Assembly: GCA_034437715.1 (NCBI GenBank)
Contig: DAOTTR010000524.1
Coordinates: 8,987-72,986, forward strand
Source of the DNA: Caldilineaceae bacterium
Lineage (GTDB): Bacteria > Chloroflexota > Anaerolineae > Caldilineales > Caldilineaceae
Length of the DNA: 64,000 nt
Direction: 5' to 3'
The notes below the pieces were generated by a model. The model did no database searches, was not told the DNA's origin, and saw only the letters and a program-made list of their open reading frames with translations. Both the position numbers and the translations under genes were made by a program. Below are positions 28,185-37,735 of this stretch, piece by piece; positions within the stretch are counted from its first letter, which is position 1; every line of letters begins with the position of its first letter.

Positions 28185-29669
28185 ATGCGTAAGATTTGGG
28201 CGATTGCGTGGAAAGAACTCTACCGAACATTGATCGACCGCAATTTGTTGTTGATTATGTTTGCGACACCGTTGGCGCTTTCGACGATCATTGGGTTGGC
28301 TTTTGGTGGCATCGGCGCAGATACACCAACGATTGCCAAGATTCCCGTGGCGGTGGTCAACCTGGATCAGGGGTTGGATGTCGGCGCGCTGACCGGGGGT
28401 GTTGCGCCCCTTTCGAGCACGCAGACGATCTCGTCAACGGCTGACGGTTTTTCATTCAATGTGGGCAATGTGATCGCCAGCATTTTGCGCTCCGAGCCGA
28501 TTACGGCTAGCAGCATCATTTCATCCGCGGGGACGAATGTCGATGTCACCGCGCTGACCTGCGACCTAGCGGTGGCAGATGAAGATGCGACGAATTTCCA
28601 AGGATCACTCGATGATCTCTTGACAACGACAGTGTTGCCCGATCCCGCGGCGGCACGACAGGGGGTGGAGCAGGGCGACTATGTCGTGGCCGTGATCATC
28701 CCCGCCAATTTTACCCAACGCTTTATCCCGACATTCAACGATGTAGCGAATAGCACAGTAGATGATCCAGCCAACACACTGGAAGTGTATGGCAACAGTG
28801 GGCGCGCGCTTTCGGCGGGCATTGTGCGCAGCATTGTGGAAAGCATTGTCAACCAATTGCTCCAGGTGACGATCACCTTAGAAGCCTCGCTTGAAACCCT
28901 CTTGGACACGATTGATCTGACGCAAATGGATAGGACCGCGCTGCCGGCGCTGCTAACCACTGGCAACACCGACACCTTCGCCGTGCTGGGTTGTCTCTTT
29001 CAGCCGGGCATCAACCCGATCCGCTTGCAACAACAACCGCTTGCCGCGCGGCAAGCGGGCAATCGTTTTGCAATGATATTGGTAGCAGTTGGTTCAGCGC
29101 AAGCGGTTTTCTTTGCCCTTTTTACGGGCGTCTTTGGCATTCTCTCGATCTATGAAGAACGCAAACAGGGCACCTTGCAGCGCATGTTGGTTTCGCCAAC
29201 GACAGGCACGACCATTCTGCTGGGCAAATTGCTGGGCAATGTCGTGGTCGTATTCGTACAACTGTTGATACTCTTGCTGGCGTTGACCTTGATCGCCAGT
29301 GTGATCCTGGGCACGCCGACCTTGATCTGGGGATCAAATCTGCTTGCGCTCCTTGGGGTACTGCTGGCTCTGAGCCTCTGCGTTTCCGGGATTGGCGTTT
29401 TGATTGTGGGGCTGGCGCGCACGCCAGAACAGGTGCAGGTGATCGGGCCCATGGTCAATATGGGGATGGGGGTCTTGGGCGGTGCTTTTGGTTTTGGCTT
29501 CTCTTCTGCCGTTTCTGGGTTTTCGCTGATTTACTGGGGTGTGGATGCCTTCCAAAAACTTGCCGCCAACGAAGGTGAAATTGGACTCAACCTGCTGGTT
29601 TTGGTGGGGCAGGGACTTCTCTTCTTTTTGCTGGGTAGTTGGTTTTTCCGCCGCCGCTTGAATTTATAA
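28185..29669 (+). CDS. ABC-2 type transporter permease with large extracytoplasmic loop
   Basis: N-terminal TM segment, a ~270-aa loop, then 5 C-terminal TM segments (ABC-2/NatB-like topology). Confidence 0.8.
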   Translation: MRKIWAIAWKELYRTLIDRNLLLIMFATPLALSTIIGLAFGGIGADTPTIAKIPVAVVNLDQGLDVGALTGGVAPLSSTQTISSTADGFSFNVGNVIASILRSEPITASSIISSAGTNVDVTALTCDLAVADEDATNFQGSLDDLLTTTVLPDPAAARQGVEQGDYVVAVIIPANFTQRFIPTFNDVANSTVDDPANTLEVYGNSGRALSAGIVRSIVESIVNQLLQVTITLEASLETLLDTIDLTQMDRTALPALLTTGNTDTFAVLGCLFQPGINPIRLQQQPLAARQAGNRFAMILVAVGSAQAVFFALFTGVFGILSIYEERKQGTLQRMLVSPTTGTTILLGKLLGNVVVVFVQLLILLLALTLIASVILGTPTLIWGSNLLALLGVLLALSLCVSGIGVLIVGLARTPEQVQVIGPMVNMGMGVLGGAFGFGFSSAVSGFSLIYWGVDAFQKLAANEGEIGLNLLVLVGQGLLFFLLGSWFFRRRLNL

Positions 29670-29796
29670 TGTAGAATGTAACGATTCCGCCGGGAAAGCG
29701 CCCAGGGGGCTCTCGATCCTGGCGGCAACAATTGGCTCGCCGCCAGAATGGCGGCGTTCCTAGGGTGAAATTATACTTTGGTCTCGATTGTAACTT

Positions 29797-31062
29797 ATGC
29801 GCATAATCCTGAATATCGCCCTCAACGACTTAACCATCTTTTTTCGTGACCGCGGCAATTTGATCGGCTTGGTGATCCTGCCGGTCGCGTTGACGCTGGC
29901 AGTGGGCTGGGCCAATCGCGGCGGCAACAATGGTCCAACCTATCTGCTGGTGGATGTGATTGATCGCGACCAAAGCCCACTTTCCCTTGAATTGCTGGAT
30001 CAACTGCGGCTGGCAAATGAAACCTTGGTGCTCTGTCCCCAGGACAACGATGGCGATGATCGTTGTGGCCTGGGCGATGTGCCGTTGGATCAAGCCCTGG
30101 GCATAGAACGGGCGCAGGGGGAGAATACCGGCGGGTTGCTGATCATTCCGGCGGGCTATGGCGTAGCGGTGACCAGTATGCAATCTGTGCAACTTGACTA
30201 CTATTCCACCGATGATCCCGCGCTGCCTGGGTCGGTTCGCCAAGCGGTGGAGAATGTGTTGCAGCGCGTCAATCGCAGTGCCGTGACGGCGCGCGTGGGC
30301 GCGCGCCTGCTGACCAGCCTCATGCCGCAGTTGCGCGCCGATGCACAAACGGCGACGGGGCAAAGTTTGGAAGCGGCGGTTTATCAACAAGCCGAACTGC
30401 GCCTTGCCAACCGTCCACCCGCGGTGCGTTATGTCACAACCAAAGGCGATGCACCTGCGATCAGCGGCGTCCAGCGTGGCTTTGGCCAATCTGTGCCGGG
30501 CATGAGTACGCTCTATGTGATCTTCACCGTATTGGGCGGCACGGTGGTCTTGTTGCGCGAGCGGCGTCAGTGGACATTGCAACGGCTTGGCGCGCTGCCC
30601 TTAACCCGTGCCCAGATTCTGGGCGGCAAAATTGTCACCTATTTCACACTGGGCATGATTCAATATGGTATTGTCTTTGGCGCGGGGTTGGCGGTAGGGC
30701 TGGACTTGGGCAATCATTTATTGGCCATGTTGGCGCTGATGATGGCCTTTGCCCTCTGCATGACGGCGCTGGCATTGGCGCTCGCGACCCGTGTTGCCAG
30801 TGAAGGCCAAGCCAATGGCCTGCGCAACCTGATCGGCCTGACGCTGGCCCCTTTGGGTGGGGCGTGGTGGCCGTTGGAAATTGTGCCCACCTTCATGCAG
30901 CGCATCGGTCACCTGTCACCGGTAGCCTGGGTTATGGATGGCTTTCATAAACTGATCTTCAACGGAGCCAGTTTTGTGGATATCCTGCCCGAAATTGGCA
31001 TCTTACTGGCGATTGCGCTGGTCTTTTTCGGCATTGGCATTCGCGGTTTTCGGATTCAATAG
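29797..31062 (+). CDS. ABC-2 type transporter permease
   Basis: Same topology as the preceding permease. It reads LRERRQWTLQRL where the preceding permease has YEERKQGTLQRM. Confidence 0.8.
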   Translation: MRIILNIALNDLTIFFRDRGNLIGLVILPVALTLAVGWANRGGNNGPTYLLVDVIDRDQSPLSLELLDQLRLANETLVLCPQDNDGDDRCGLGDVPLDQALGIERAQGENTGGLLIIPAGYGVAVTSMQSVQLDYYSTDDPALPGSVRQAVENVLQRVNRSAVTARVGARLLTSLMPQLRADAQTATGQSLEAAVYQQAELRLANRPPAVRYVTTKGDAPAISGVQRGFGQSVPGMSTLYVIFTVLGGTVVLLRERRQWTLQRLGALPLTRAQILGGKIVTYFTLGMIQYGIVFGAGLAVGLDLGNHLLAMLALMMAFALCMTALALALATRVASEGQANGLRNLIGLTLAPLGGAWWPLEIVPTFMQRIGHLSPVAWVMDGFHKLIFNGASFVDILPEIGILLAIALVFFGIGIRGFRIQ

Positions 31063-31113
31063 GCGGCACGCGGTTGCGTAGATTTACGGAGAAGCGGGAG
31101 AGGCTACACAATA

Positions 31114-31186
31114 TATACTCCGCAGCAGCACATAAGTACATTTTTACTCGTGTAAAAAATGTACCTTTATGGCGCTGCTCAGTATA
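31114..31186. other. 73-bp extended imperfect palindrome (possible terminator)
   Basis: Outer arms TATACTCCGCAGCAGC / GCGCTGCTCAGTATA. Inner AT-rich hairpin GTACATTTTTAC-TCGT-GTAAAAAATGTAC. Confidence 0.5.
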
Positions 31187-31274
31187 ACAGATCTGCGCAA
31201 GCTAACTTGGCGTTTTGGCTTTTCATAGGTACAATTCACCCAACCTTTTTCCACACACCATCGCGGAGTCTCCC

Positions 31275-32300
31275 TTGTCCAAAAGTATCCTTGGCATCGC
31301 CTTTATCCTTGGCGGGGTTCTCATGCTTGGTTTCTTGGCCTTTGAAATGCTGACCAGCCTGCGATCGGGCACCGTGACGCAACTGCCCGCCGCAGCAGTT
31401 GTTAACGGCGCGGCTGCCGACGGCATCTCTGCGACGACGGTGCTCAGCCAGCCAATCACACAGCCCGGCGGCGTGGTTGAGCGCCAAGCCCAGGATTCCT
31501 ACTGTTTGTGGCCCAACGACACCCTGTTCGATATTGCCCAATATGCGGGAATCAACGTAGATACATTGGTGGCCTTCAATGCGGACAGTCCGTTGCACGC
31601 GGGCAGCACCATTCGCTTGCCTGTGGGTAGCCTAGCCCCGGCCCAATGGACGCAACCCTTGCCCCCTGCCACCAGCATGGATCAACTGCCATTTGGCATC
31701 TCCGGCATCTATCTGGGACATAACAATCGGCAGAAGCAAGTCGCATTGACCTTTGATGTGGGCTATGTGCCTGAAAACAAAGGGATGATGGAAATGCTGG
31801 CAAAGCGCGGGATCCGCGCCACCTTTTTTGTGGTGGGCTTTAGCGTGTTGCGCAAACCAGAGATCATTACCGATATTTTGCGCAATGGTCACGAGTTGGC
31901 CAACCATTCGTGGAGCCATGAAAATTTACAGGGTATGAACGAAGAGGAACTGCGCTACGAACTGAATCGCACCGAGACAACGGTGCAAGCCGCCGCGCCT
32001 GGATCGAGCACCAAACCGTTTTTCCGCGCCCCCTTTGGCGCGTTGGATGAGACGATCATCCGCGTCTCCAAACAAGAAGGCTATGAACTGATCGGGTGGA
32101 CGGTGGACAGCAGCGATTGGGTGGCAGGCATCACCGCGCAGGATGTGTATAATCGCGTCACCCGCAATGTCTGCCCCGGCGCGATCATTGTCATGCACGA
32201 CATGAGCCCCATCGTCGCCGAAGCACTGCCGCGCATTCTCGACTTTTTGGAACACAACGGCTACACCTTCGTGCCACTATCCGAGCTGTTGCTGCCATAA
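31275..32300 (+). CDS. LysM domain + polysaccharide deacetylase (NodB homology) membrane-anchored protein
   Basis: TM anchor, then LysM (CLWPNDTLFDIAQYAGINVDTLVAFN), then NodB motifs (TFDVGY, HELANHSWSH). A TTG start with GGAG was chosen; the alternative is the track start 31215. Confidence 0.8.
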   Translation: MSKSILGIAFILGGVLMLGFLAFEMLTSLRSGTVTQLPAAAVVNGAAADGISATTVLSQPITQPGGVVERQAQDSYCLWPNDTLFDIAQYAGINVDTLVAFNADSPLHAGSTIRLPVGSLAPAQWTQPLPPATSMDQLPFGISGIYLGHNNRQKQVALTFDVGYVPENKGMMEMLAKRGIRATFFVVGFSVLRKPEIITDILRNGHELANHSWSHENLQGMNEEELRYELNRTETTVQAAAPGSSTKPFFRAPFGALDETIIRVSKQEGYELIGWTVDSSDWVAGITAQDVYNRVTRNVCPGAIIVMHDMSPIVAEALPRILDFLEHNGYTFVPLSELLLP

Positions 32301-32316
32301 ACCAAGCATGATACAT

Positions 32317-32467
32317 TTACGCCTATTCCAAAAAAATAATGATCCAGTAGGGGCATGCGGTGTGGCGGAAAGAGACCTTGTGTATACCCATCGTTTTACC
32401 TCGCCACACCGCATGCCCCTACGTGAATTGGATCGTTTAAATTTTGGAATAACCTTACGCCTATTCC
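32317..32467. mobile_element. MITE-like element (family D-related) flanked by a 13-bp direct repeat
   Basis: TTACGCCTATTCC occurs at 32317-32329 and 32455-32467. Internal perfect 21-bp inverted repeat GTAGGGGCATGCGGTGTGGCG/CGCCACACCGCATGCCCCTAC. It shares the ATCCAGTAGGGG core with family D. Confidence 0.55.
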
Positions 32468-35400
32468 CCAAAGGCATCCTCGATCTTCACTAGGGCATTG
32501 TTGCCGCGCAGACCGATGAAGACTGTGTTCGTTTGGGAATTCACCGCCACGGGGAAGGGATCAGCGCCCGTCGCGATGGTAGCGATCACCCGTTCGCTGC
32601 TGCCGCTGATCACGCTAAGCGTGCCGGCGGCGGTGTTGACATTGAAAACGTGACCGGTCGTTGGGTTGACAACCAGACCTGCACCGCCAACTTCGGGGGC
32701 TTTTACATTGCCACCATTGCCCACGGCCAAGGTGCGTTCGCGTCCCCACAGTGCATTGATTTCGGGCTTCCAAATGTCTACAAACCAACTCGATGCGCTA
32801 TCGGCATAGACGATATAGAGCCGATTGCGCGCTGGGTTGTAGGCCAGTTCAAAAGGGGTTGTGCCTTCGGGCATGAGCGTGATCGCCTTAGTCGTCCATG
32901 CGCCATTGATTTGGCGGATTTCGGCCAGGTGCCGGGAATCGCGATGAGCAATAAAAATGCGATTGTTGATGGTGTCGGCGGCAATGCCAAAGGGACCAGA
33001 GCCGCCCGATGGGAGATCGCCGATCAGGTTCAATCCTTGAATGAGCGCCACGCGGCTATTGGTGCGCACGGTTATAAAGACGGAATCCAAGCCGGGCAAA
33101 ATCTCCATGAGCGCCGGGTTGCCGCCAACGGCCAACTTGGTCAGGAGGGCCAGCGAAGTAGCGTCATAGATCCACACATCACCGCCGGCATAGTTGCTGA
33201 CATAGACGCGCTCGGTGCTTTCATTGACAACCACACCCCACGGCTCATCGCCGGTCACCGTCTGCGAGATGACCGTGTTGGTCTGTGGATCGATCACCAA
33301 CAACTGATCATTGTCGCGACTGGTGGTGTAGAGCAGGTTACGTCCTTCGTGGACGGCCATGCCTTTGGGATGATCCAACTCGGACAGGGGGCAACCGATG
33401 GGTGGCGGGCAAGGCGCAGGTGGTGGCAGGGGGACGTTGATAATCGGCAGGAAGTAGATATTGACCACGACAATCGCCGTATCTTGATCGGTCACGGTTT
33501 GACCGGCAGTACCCACGCCTGTAACAATCGCAGTATTGGTGGTTGTCTGGATAATGATCGTGGCACAGGTGTAGATCCACGTTTCGGTCAGATCCAGCAT
33601 GTTGTCGCCATTCGTGTCGCCGCGCACATAGCTGACGGGGCTGCATTTGTCATCCGTCACCACAATTTGGCTGAGCGGATCATCCCCCACATTGGTCACT
33701 GTGTAGGTGTAGACCACGGTTTCACCCCGTGTGACAACGTCACGCGACGCCACTTTAACAATCCCAATGGCGGGGTTGATCGGAACAGCCACGCCCCAAT
33801 AGTGGCTAGGGTCTTGTGCTGCGATACTATCGCCGTCGGCGTCTGTGCCGCGCACGGTGCCAATGTTGCTGTATTGACCGAGGATCGCAATGCCCGTTGC
33901 TTGATAAGTCCAGGTTTCGGTCGTCTCCAATATGCCGTTGGCATTGGTATCCCCATCCACGTAGATCGGTGTTACGCCGGTCACATTGTCGGTCACACTG
34001 ATATTTGTGACGGTGATGGGGCCGGTGTTGCGCACGACATAGGTCCAGGTGACGGGGTCACCCACCTGAATTTCTGGGCCGGTGGGCGTGTCGGCATCGT
34101 CGCCATTGGTGGCCTTTTCAATGGTTAACACTGGGTCCAAATCGATGGGCGTCTCGACCTCGGCCTGTTTTTCCTCATCGTTGGCCGTGACAATCGCCAC
34201 GTTGCGCACCCGCGTCACCGCTGGCGGCAGTGGATTGTCGATCAGCGCATCAAAAGTGACAGTAAAAACGCCCTGCACTGGCAGCGTGCCCAGGTTGATG
34301 CCGCCTTCATCGAGCGGAAAGGGTGTGCCGGTCGTGTCATCCGTCAGTCTATAGAATTCACCGTTGTTGTTAAAGAGACTGGTGCTGATGACATAGCTGG
34401 TGTGCAGCGGCACCTCATCGCGCAAGCTAACACCATCAATGGGGACGCGGGCGGTATTGCGGATCACAATGGTGTAGCGCAGCGTGTCGCCTGGGTTGGC
34501 CTCGCCATCATTGTTCTGATCGACAAGCACCGTGGCGGCCTTGCCCACAGCAAAGGAAGCCGCGGGTGGCGCAGTAGTGCCCAGATCCAACCCCGGTTCC
34601 CCGGCCGAGGCGATCGTGGGTTCCTGGCCCCAAGCGGCGGCTAATTTCACCTTGAGGAGGTCGCTCAGGGGAAGGTTACAGACGTAGAGCATCATGCCTG
34701 TCTGATCGCCATCACTGTCAAAGACCTTGGCCGACTGAAATTGGTTAAGCGTCAGCAATTGATCATAGCGCATCCCCAACGAATCGGTCAGCGGGCCCAT
34801 ATTGTCGCCATTGTAATCCACACAAATGGGTACCGGGCCACTGAAACCATTGGTAAAAACTGGGATCACCCAGACGGGACTGCCATTCTCGTTCGGGTTG
34901 ACACTGCTGAGCGGATCGCGGCCCGCGCCCCAGCCGACCAGGATCTGCTGGGTTAACATACGCTGTGGCACCAGGGCCAGGCCCCATTCGGCTTTGGAAT
35001 TGGTATTGACCGGCCCATCAGAATCCACCGCGGCGATGGCCAGGAAGGGCGCGCCATCGGCGGTGTAGAAGTGCGAGCCAGAGTTATTAGGCACGACCAC
35101 AAGCCCTGTGTTGCGCGGGGCAACGTTGATCGCTGGTTGTGCACCGGCGGCAGTTTCCCACTGCACATTCATGGCATTGGGGCCAGGGTTGTAGAGGAAG
35201 ACCGTGGTGCCATCCCCGGCGGGTGTGCCGACGGGATTGTAGTAACTGCTGCTCCAACGTTCGGTGGGGAAGAGCGTATACCAGCGCGATTCATAGGTGT
35301 CACAGACATCGCCGGTGATCATGTAGACTTGCACGGGCGCGCTGGCCGCTAACTTGGTGCCAATATTGATCGTGCCGTTGACCCCACTGTTGATCTGATA

Positions 35401-36129
35401 GCTCTCTCCCTGGTTGAGCACCGTGAAGCCATCCAAGATGCTGTCACCGTTAAAATCAACGGTCACGGTGGTGTTATCGGTGGCGGCCATCACCAGTAGC
35501 GAGTTGTATTCAAAGAGTTGATTGTAGGCAAGATTTTCACCGACAGGGGTTTCAAAAGTAGCGCCCCAGCTATTGGTATCGTATACTTCTACTGCACCGG
35601 CCAACAGGGTACTAGAGCCGGTGGCCCACCCGGCGCGCGTCATGGCGATAGCATTGCTGGCCGAAACGCGGTCGCCGCCATCAAAGTCAATCACGTCGCG
35701 CAAGGTGCTGATATCTACTGTATTGTCAAGCACAATCACCGTGCCTGCCCCTAGTAGATCGCTCGTCAACTGGGGCGGCGCGCCATTGGCGGGGTTGCCA
35801 TCGCCCCAGATCTGGGTGGTGGATTGTTGTGGGTTGGCGACATCAATTTCAAAACCGTCTTCCCAATGGTCATAATAGATGATCGTGCCCTCGGAAATGA
35901 CCGAAATCGAGATATAGGTGTTGATCGGGTTGGCAACATTGGCCGCAGTGGGACAAGTCTGGTTACTGGGATAAATTGCTTTAAGGGCGTGATAAATCTG
36001 GTCTTCGGGTAGGGGCACATAATAGTGTTGTACCGGCGGCGGATTGGCGGCGAAGGCTGCGCTATAGAAGCCCAGGCTGGTGAGCATTGTCACCAAGGTG
36101 ACGGTGATGGCGCGTAGGGATGTTGCCAT
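32461..36129 (-). CDS. giant secreted protein: N-terminal beta-rich domain, DUF11-type repeats, C-terminal YVTN-type beta-propeller
   Basis: Signal peptide begins at MATSLRAITVTLVTMLTSLGFYSAAFA. There are three clear DUF11-like modules of the pattern TYT[IV]V[IV]RNTG. C-terminal repeats follow (VYVSNYAGGDVWIYD, RIFIAHRDS, RLYIVYADS). Confidence 0.85.
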   Translation of the reverse strand: MATSLRAITVTLVTMLTSLGFYSAAFAANPPPVQHYYVPLPEDQIYHALKAIYPSNQTCPTAANVANPINTYISISVISEGTIIYYDHWEDGFEIDVANPQQSTTQIWGDGNPANGAPPQLTSDLLGAGTVIVLDNTVDISTLRDVIDFDGGDRVSASNAIAMTRAGWATGSSTLLAGAVEVYDTNSWGATFETPVGENLAYNQLFEYNSLLVMAATDNTTVTVDFNGDSILDGFTVLNQGESYQINSGVNGTINIGTKLAASAPVQVYMITGDVCDTYESRWYTLFPTERWSSSYYNPVGTPAGDGTTVFLYNPGPNAMNVQWETAAGAQPAINVAPRNTGLVVVPNNSGSHFYTADGAPFLAIAAVDSDGPVNTNSKAEWGLALVPQRMLTQQILVGWGAGRDPLSSVNPNENGSPVWVIPVFTNGFSGPVPICVDYNGDNMGPLTDSLGMRYDQLLTLNQFQSAKVFDSDGDQTGMMLYVCNLPLSDLLKVKLAAAWGQEPTIASAGEPGLDLGTTAPPAASFAVGKAATVLVDQNNDGEANPGDTLRYTIVIRNTARVPIDGVSLRDEVPLHTSYVISTSLFNNNGEFYRLTDDTTGTPFPLDEGGINLGTLPVQGVFTVTFDALIDNPLPPAVTRVRNVAIVTANDEEKQAEVETPIDLDPVLTIEKATNGDDADTPTGPEIQVGDPVTWTYVVRNTGPITVTNISVTDNVTGVTPIYVDGDTNANGILETTETWTYQATGIAILGQYSNIGTVRGTDADGDSIAAQDPSHYWGVAVPINPAIGIVKVASRDVVTRGETVVYTYTVTNVGDDPLSQIVVTDDKCSPVSYVRGDTNGDNMLDLTETWIYTCATIIIQTTTNTAIVTGVGTAGQTVTDQDTAIVVVNIYFLPIINVPLPPPAPCPPPIGCPLSELDHPKGMAVHEGRNLLYTTSRDNDQLLVIDPQTNTVISQTVTGDEPWGVVVNESTERVYVSNYAGGDVWIYDATSLALLTKLAVGGNPALMEILPGLDSVFITVRTNSRVALIQGLNLIGDLPSGGSGPFGIAADTINNRIFIAHRDSRHLAEIRQINGAWTTKAITLMPEGTTPFELAYNPARNRLYIVYADSASSWFVDIWKPEINALWGRERTLAVGNGGNVKAPEVGGAGLVVNPTTGHVFNVNTAAGTLSVISGSSERVIATIATGADPFPVAVNSQTNTVFIGLRGNNALVKIEDAFGE

Positions 36130-36424
36130 AGATTGGCGGTGGCATCCATGATTGCCGGCTTTGTGCATCTGCTTATCTCCTCTGGTGTGGTCAGGCTACA
36201 AGTAGGTTTTGCTGCTTGGATGATTATATAGCGAATCGATGTGGAAAGAACACGGGATTTTGCTGACAAACTGGTACAGATCAAGACGGTAGTACGGATA
36301 AATAGAAACGCTGAAACAAGGCTAATTTTGGCATAATTCGCAATGGCAGTATTAACGCTGATGCTTCCTACCTAATTTTTTCGTAACGATTCAGCCGGGA
36401 ACGCGATTGGCCTGAATCGTAGGA

Positions 36425-36638
36425 CAACGTTAAATTTCATCACATGCTGCTCTGAATAAATTCAGAGCCTAGTAGATCCCGGCGTAAATAAGGTACCCTA
36501 TTTTTACCATGATGTACACGAGTAACGTGCCTGATTAACTACCGTGGTATCTACGCCCAACTGTACTAGGATAGAAAACGTGTTTAAACACGTTTCCCGT
36601 CGCAGGTGTTGAATGAATTCAACACGAATTTAACGTTG
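36425..36638 (+). mobile_element. MITE-like element, family C, copy 1, interrupted by a family B element
   Basis: Terminal inverted repeats CAACGTTAAATT / AATTTAACGTTG. The two halves are collinear with the intact copy at 47011..47127. Confidence 0.8.
36469..36569 (+). mobile_element. MITE-like element, family B, copy 2 (nested inside family C)
   Basis: 101 bp bounded by CTAG...CTAG. The corresponding site in the intact family C copy reads CTGG. Confidence 0.8.
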
Positions 36639-36706
36639 GCGTGATAGTTACTTTTTTTCTATTTTCTATAACGATTCATCGTTTATCGACAATTGAGGAG
36701 GAACCG

Positions 36707-37495
36707 ATGTTAACGCAAGAACAGATTGACTTTTATCACGCGAATGGCTATCTGCGCATTCCCCAAGTTTTTACCCCAGCCGAGACCAATGAGCTGGCCG
36801 ACGAACTCGACCGCCTGGTGCAAGATTGGGCGATCACCAGCGCTGGCTGGAGCGGCCCCTGGCGGCAAGCCTACATGGACCCAGAGACTGAGAAGAAGGT
36901 CAAGTTGACGGCCATGCATGATCTGCATTTCTACTCCGCCGCCTGGTGCCGGGCGGTGACCAATCCCAAGTTGGCCGAAGCGATCAGCGATCTGCTTGGT
37001 TCCAGTGTGGAATTGCATCACTCGACCATGCACATCAAGCCGCCCCAATCGGGCCACCCTTTTCCCATGCACCAGGATCAGCCTTTCTATGAGCACACCA
37101 ATGGCAGCTATGTCGATGTGTTGGTACATCTGGATGACACATTTCACGAAAATGGCGAAATTCGCTTTCTAGCTGGCTCGCATAAAGATGGCGCGCTGAC
37201 CCATATCACCCAGACCGAAGCGGGGCCCTGCTCACCGCACCTGCCCACTGATCTCTACAAGCTGGAAGATACCGTGCCCGTACCGGCCAAACGGGGTGAT
37301 GTGGTGGTCTTTAGCATCAACACCATTCACGGCTCGTATATCAATACGACCAAGCAGCCGCGCCGTATGGTGCGCGTTGGCTATCGCGATCCCCAGAATC
37401 AGCAGACACGCGGGCAAAGCTTTGGGCGACCCGGCTTGATCGTACAGGGCTATCGCGACCGCCGCGAAGGGCAACCGCTGTTTAAGCAGGATTAA
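36707..37495 (+). CDS. phytanoyl-CoA dioxygenase (PhyH) family Fe(II)/2-oxoglutarate oxygenase
   Basis: MLTQEQIDFYHANGYL start with SD GAGGAGG. HxD motif (PMHQDQ) and a distal His (NTIHGS). Confidence 0.85.
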   Translation: MLTQEQIDFYHANGYLRIPQVFTPAETNELADELDRLVQDWAITSAGWSGPWRQAYMDPETEKKVKLTAMHDLHFYSAAWCRAVTNPKLAEAISDLLGSSVELHHSTMHIKPPQSGHPFPMHQDQPFYEHTNGSYVDVLVHLDDTFHENGEIRFLAGSHKDGALTHITQTEAGPCSPHLPTDLYKLEDTVPVPAKRGDVVVFSINTIHGSYINTTKQPRRMVRVGYRDPQNQQTRGQSFGRPGLIVQGYRDRREGQPLFKQD

Positions 37496-37505
37496 GGATT
37501 GTATC

Positions 37506-37616
37506 AGACCTTATTCCGATTTAATTTTGTGCATTCGTAGGTGCGGTTTGTAACCGCACCTACAAGAACAATTGCCCTTGGTTTTGTTGCCGAAATAACA
37601 AAGCGGAATAATCTCT
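37506..37616 (+). mobile_element. MITE-like element, family A, copy 2 (single hairpin module)
   Basis: 111 bp with the same termini as copies 1 and 3. One GTAGGTGCGGTTTGTAACCGCACCTAC hairpin. Confidence 0.8.
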
Positions 37617-37735
37617 ATCCAATGACGGTCACTCTCTGGCATGGGTATTGTATTACCTAATAAACGACAGTGAGCGTCATTTTTCGGATAGGCTCATCGT
37701 TGCAAAGATGAGCATTCAGCGTAGAAAGCGATTTC

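Noticed and set aside
32533-34128. 531-aa + strand ORF, together with other + ORFs between 34082 and 36012
   Set aside because: They are antisense shadows of the giant DUF11 gene. They are rich in G/D/R/H, with no motifs and no RBS.
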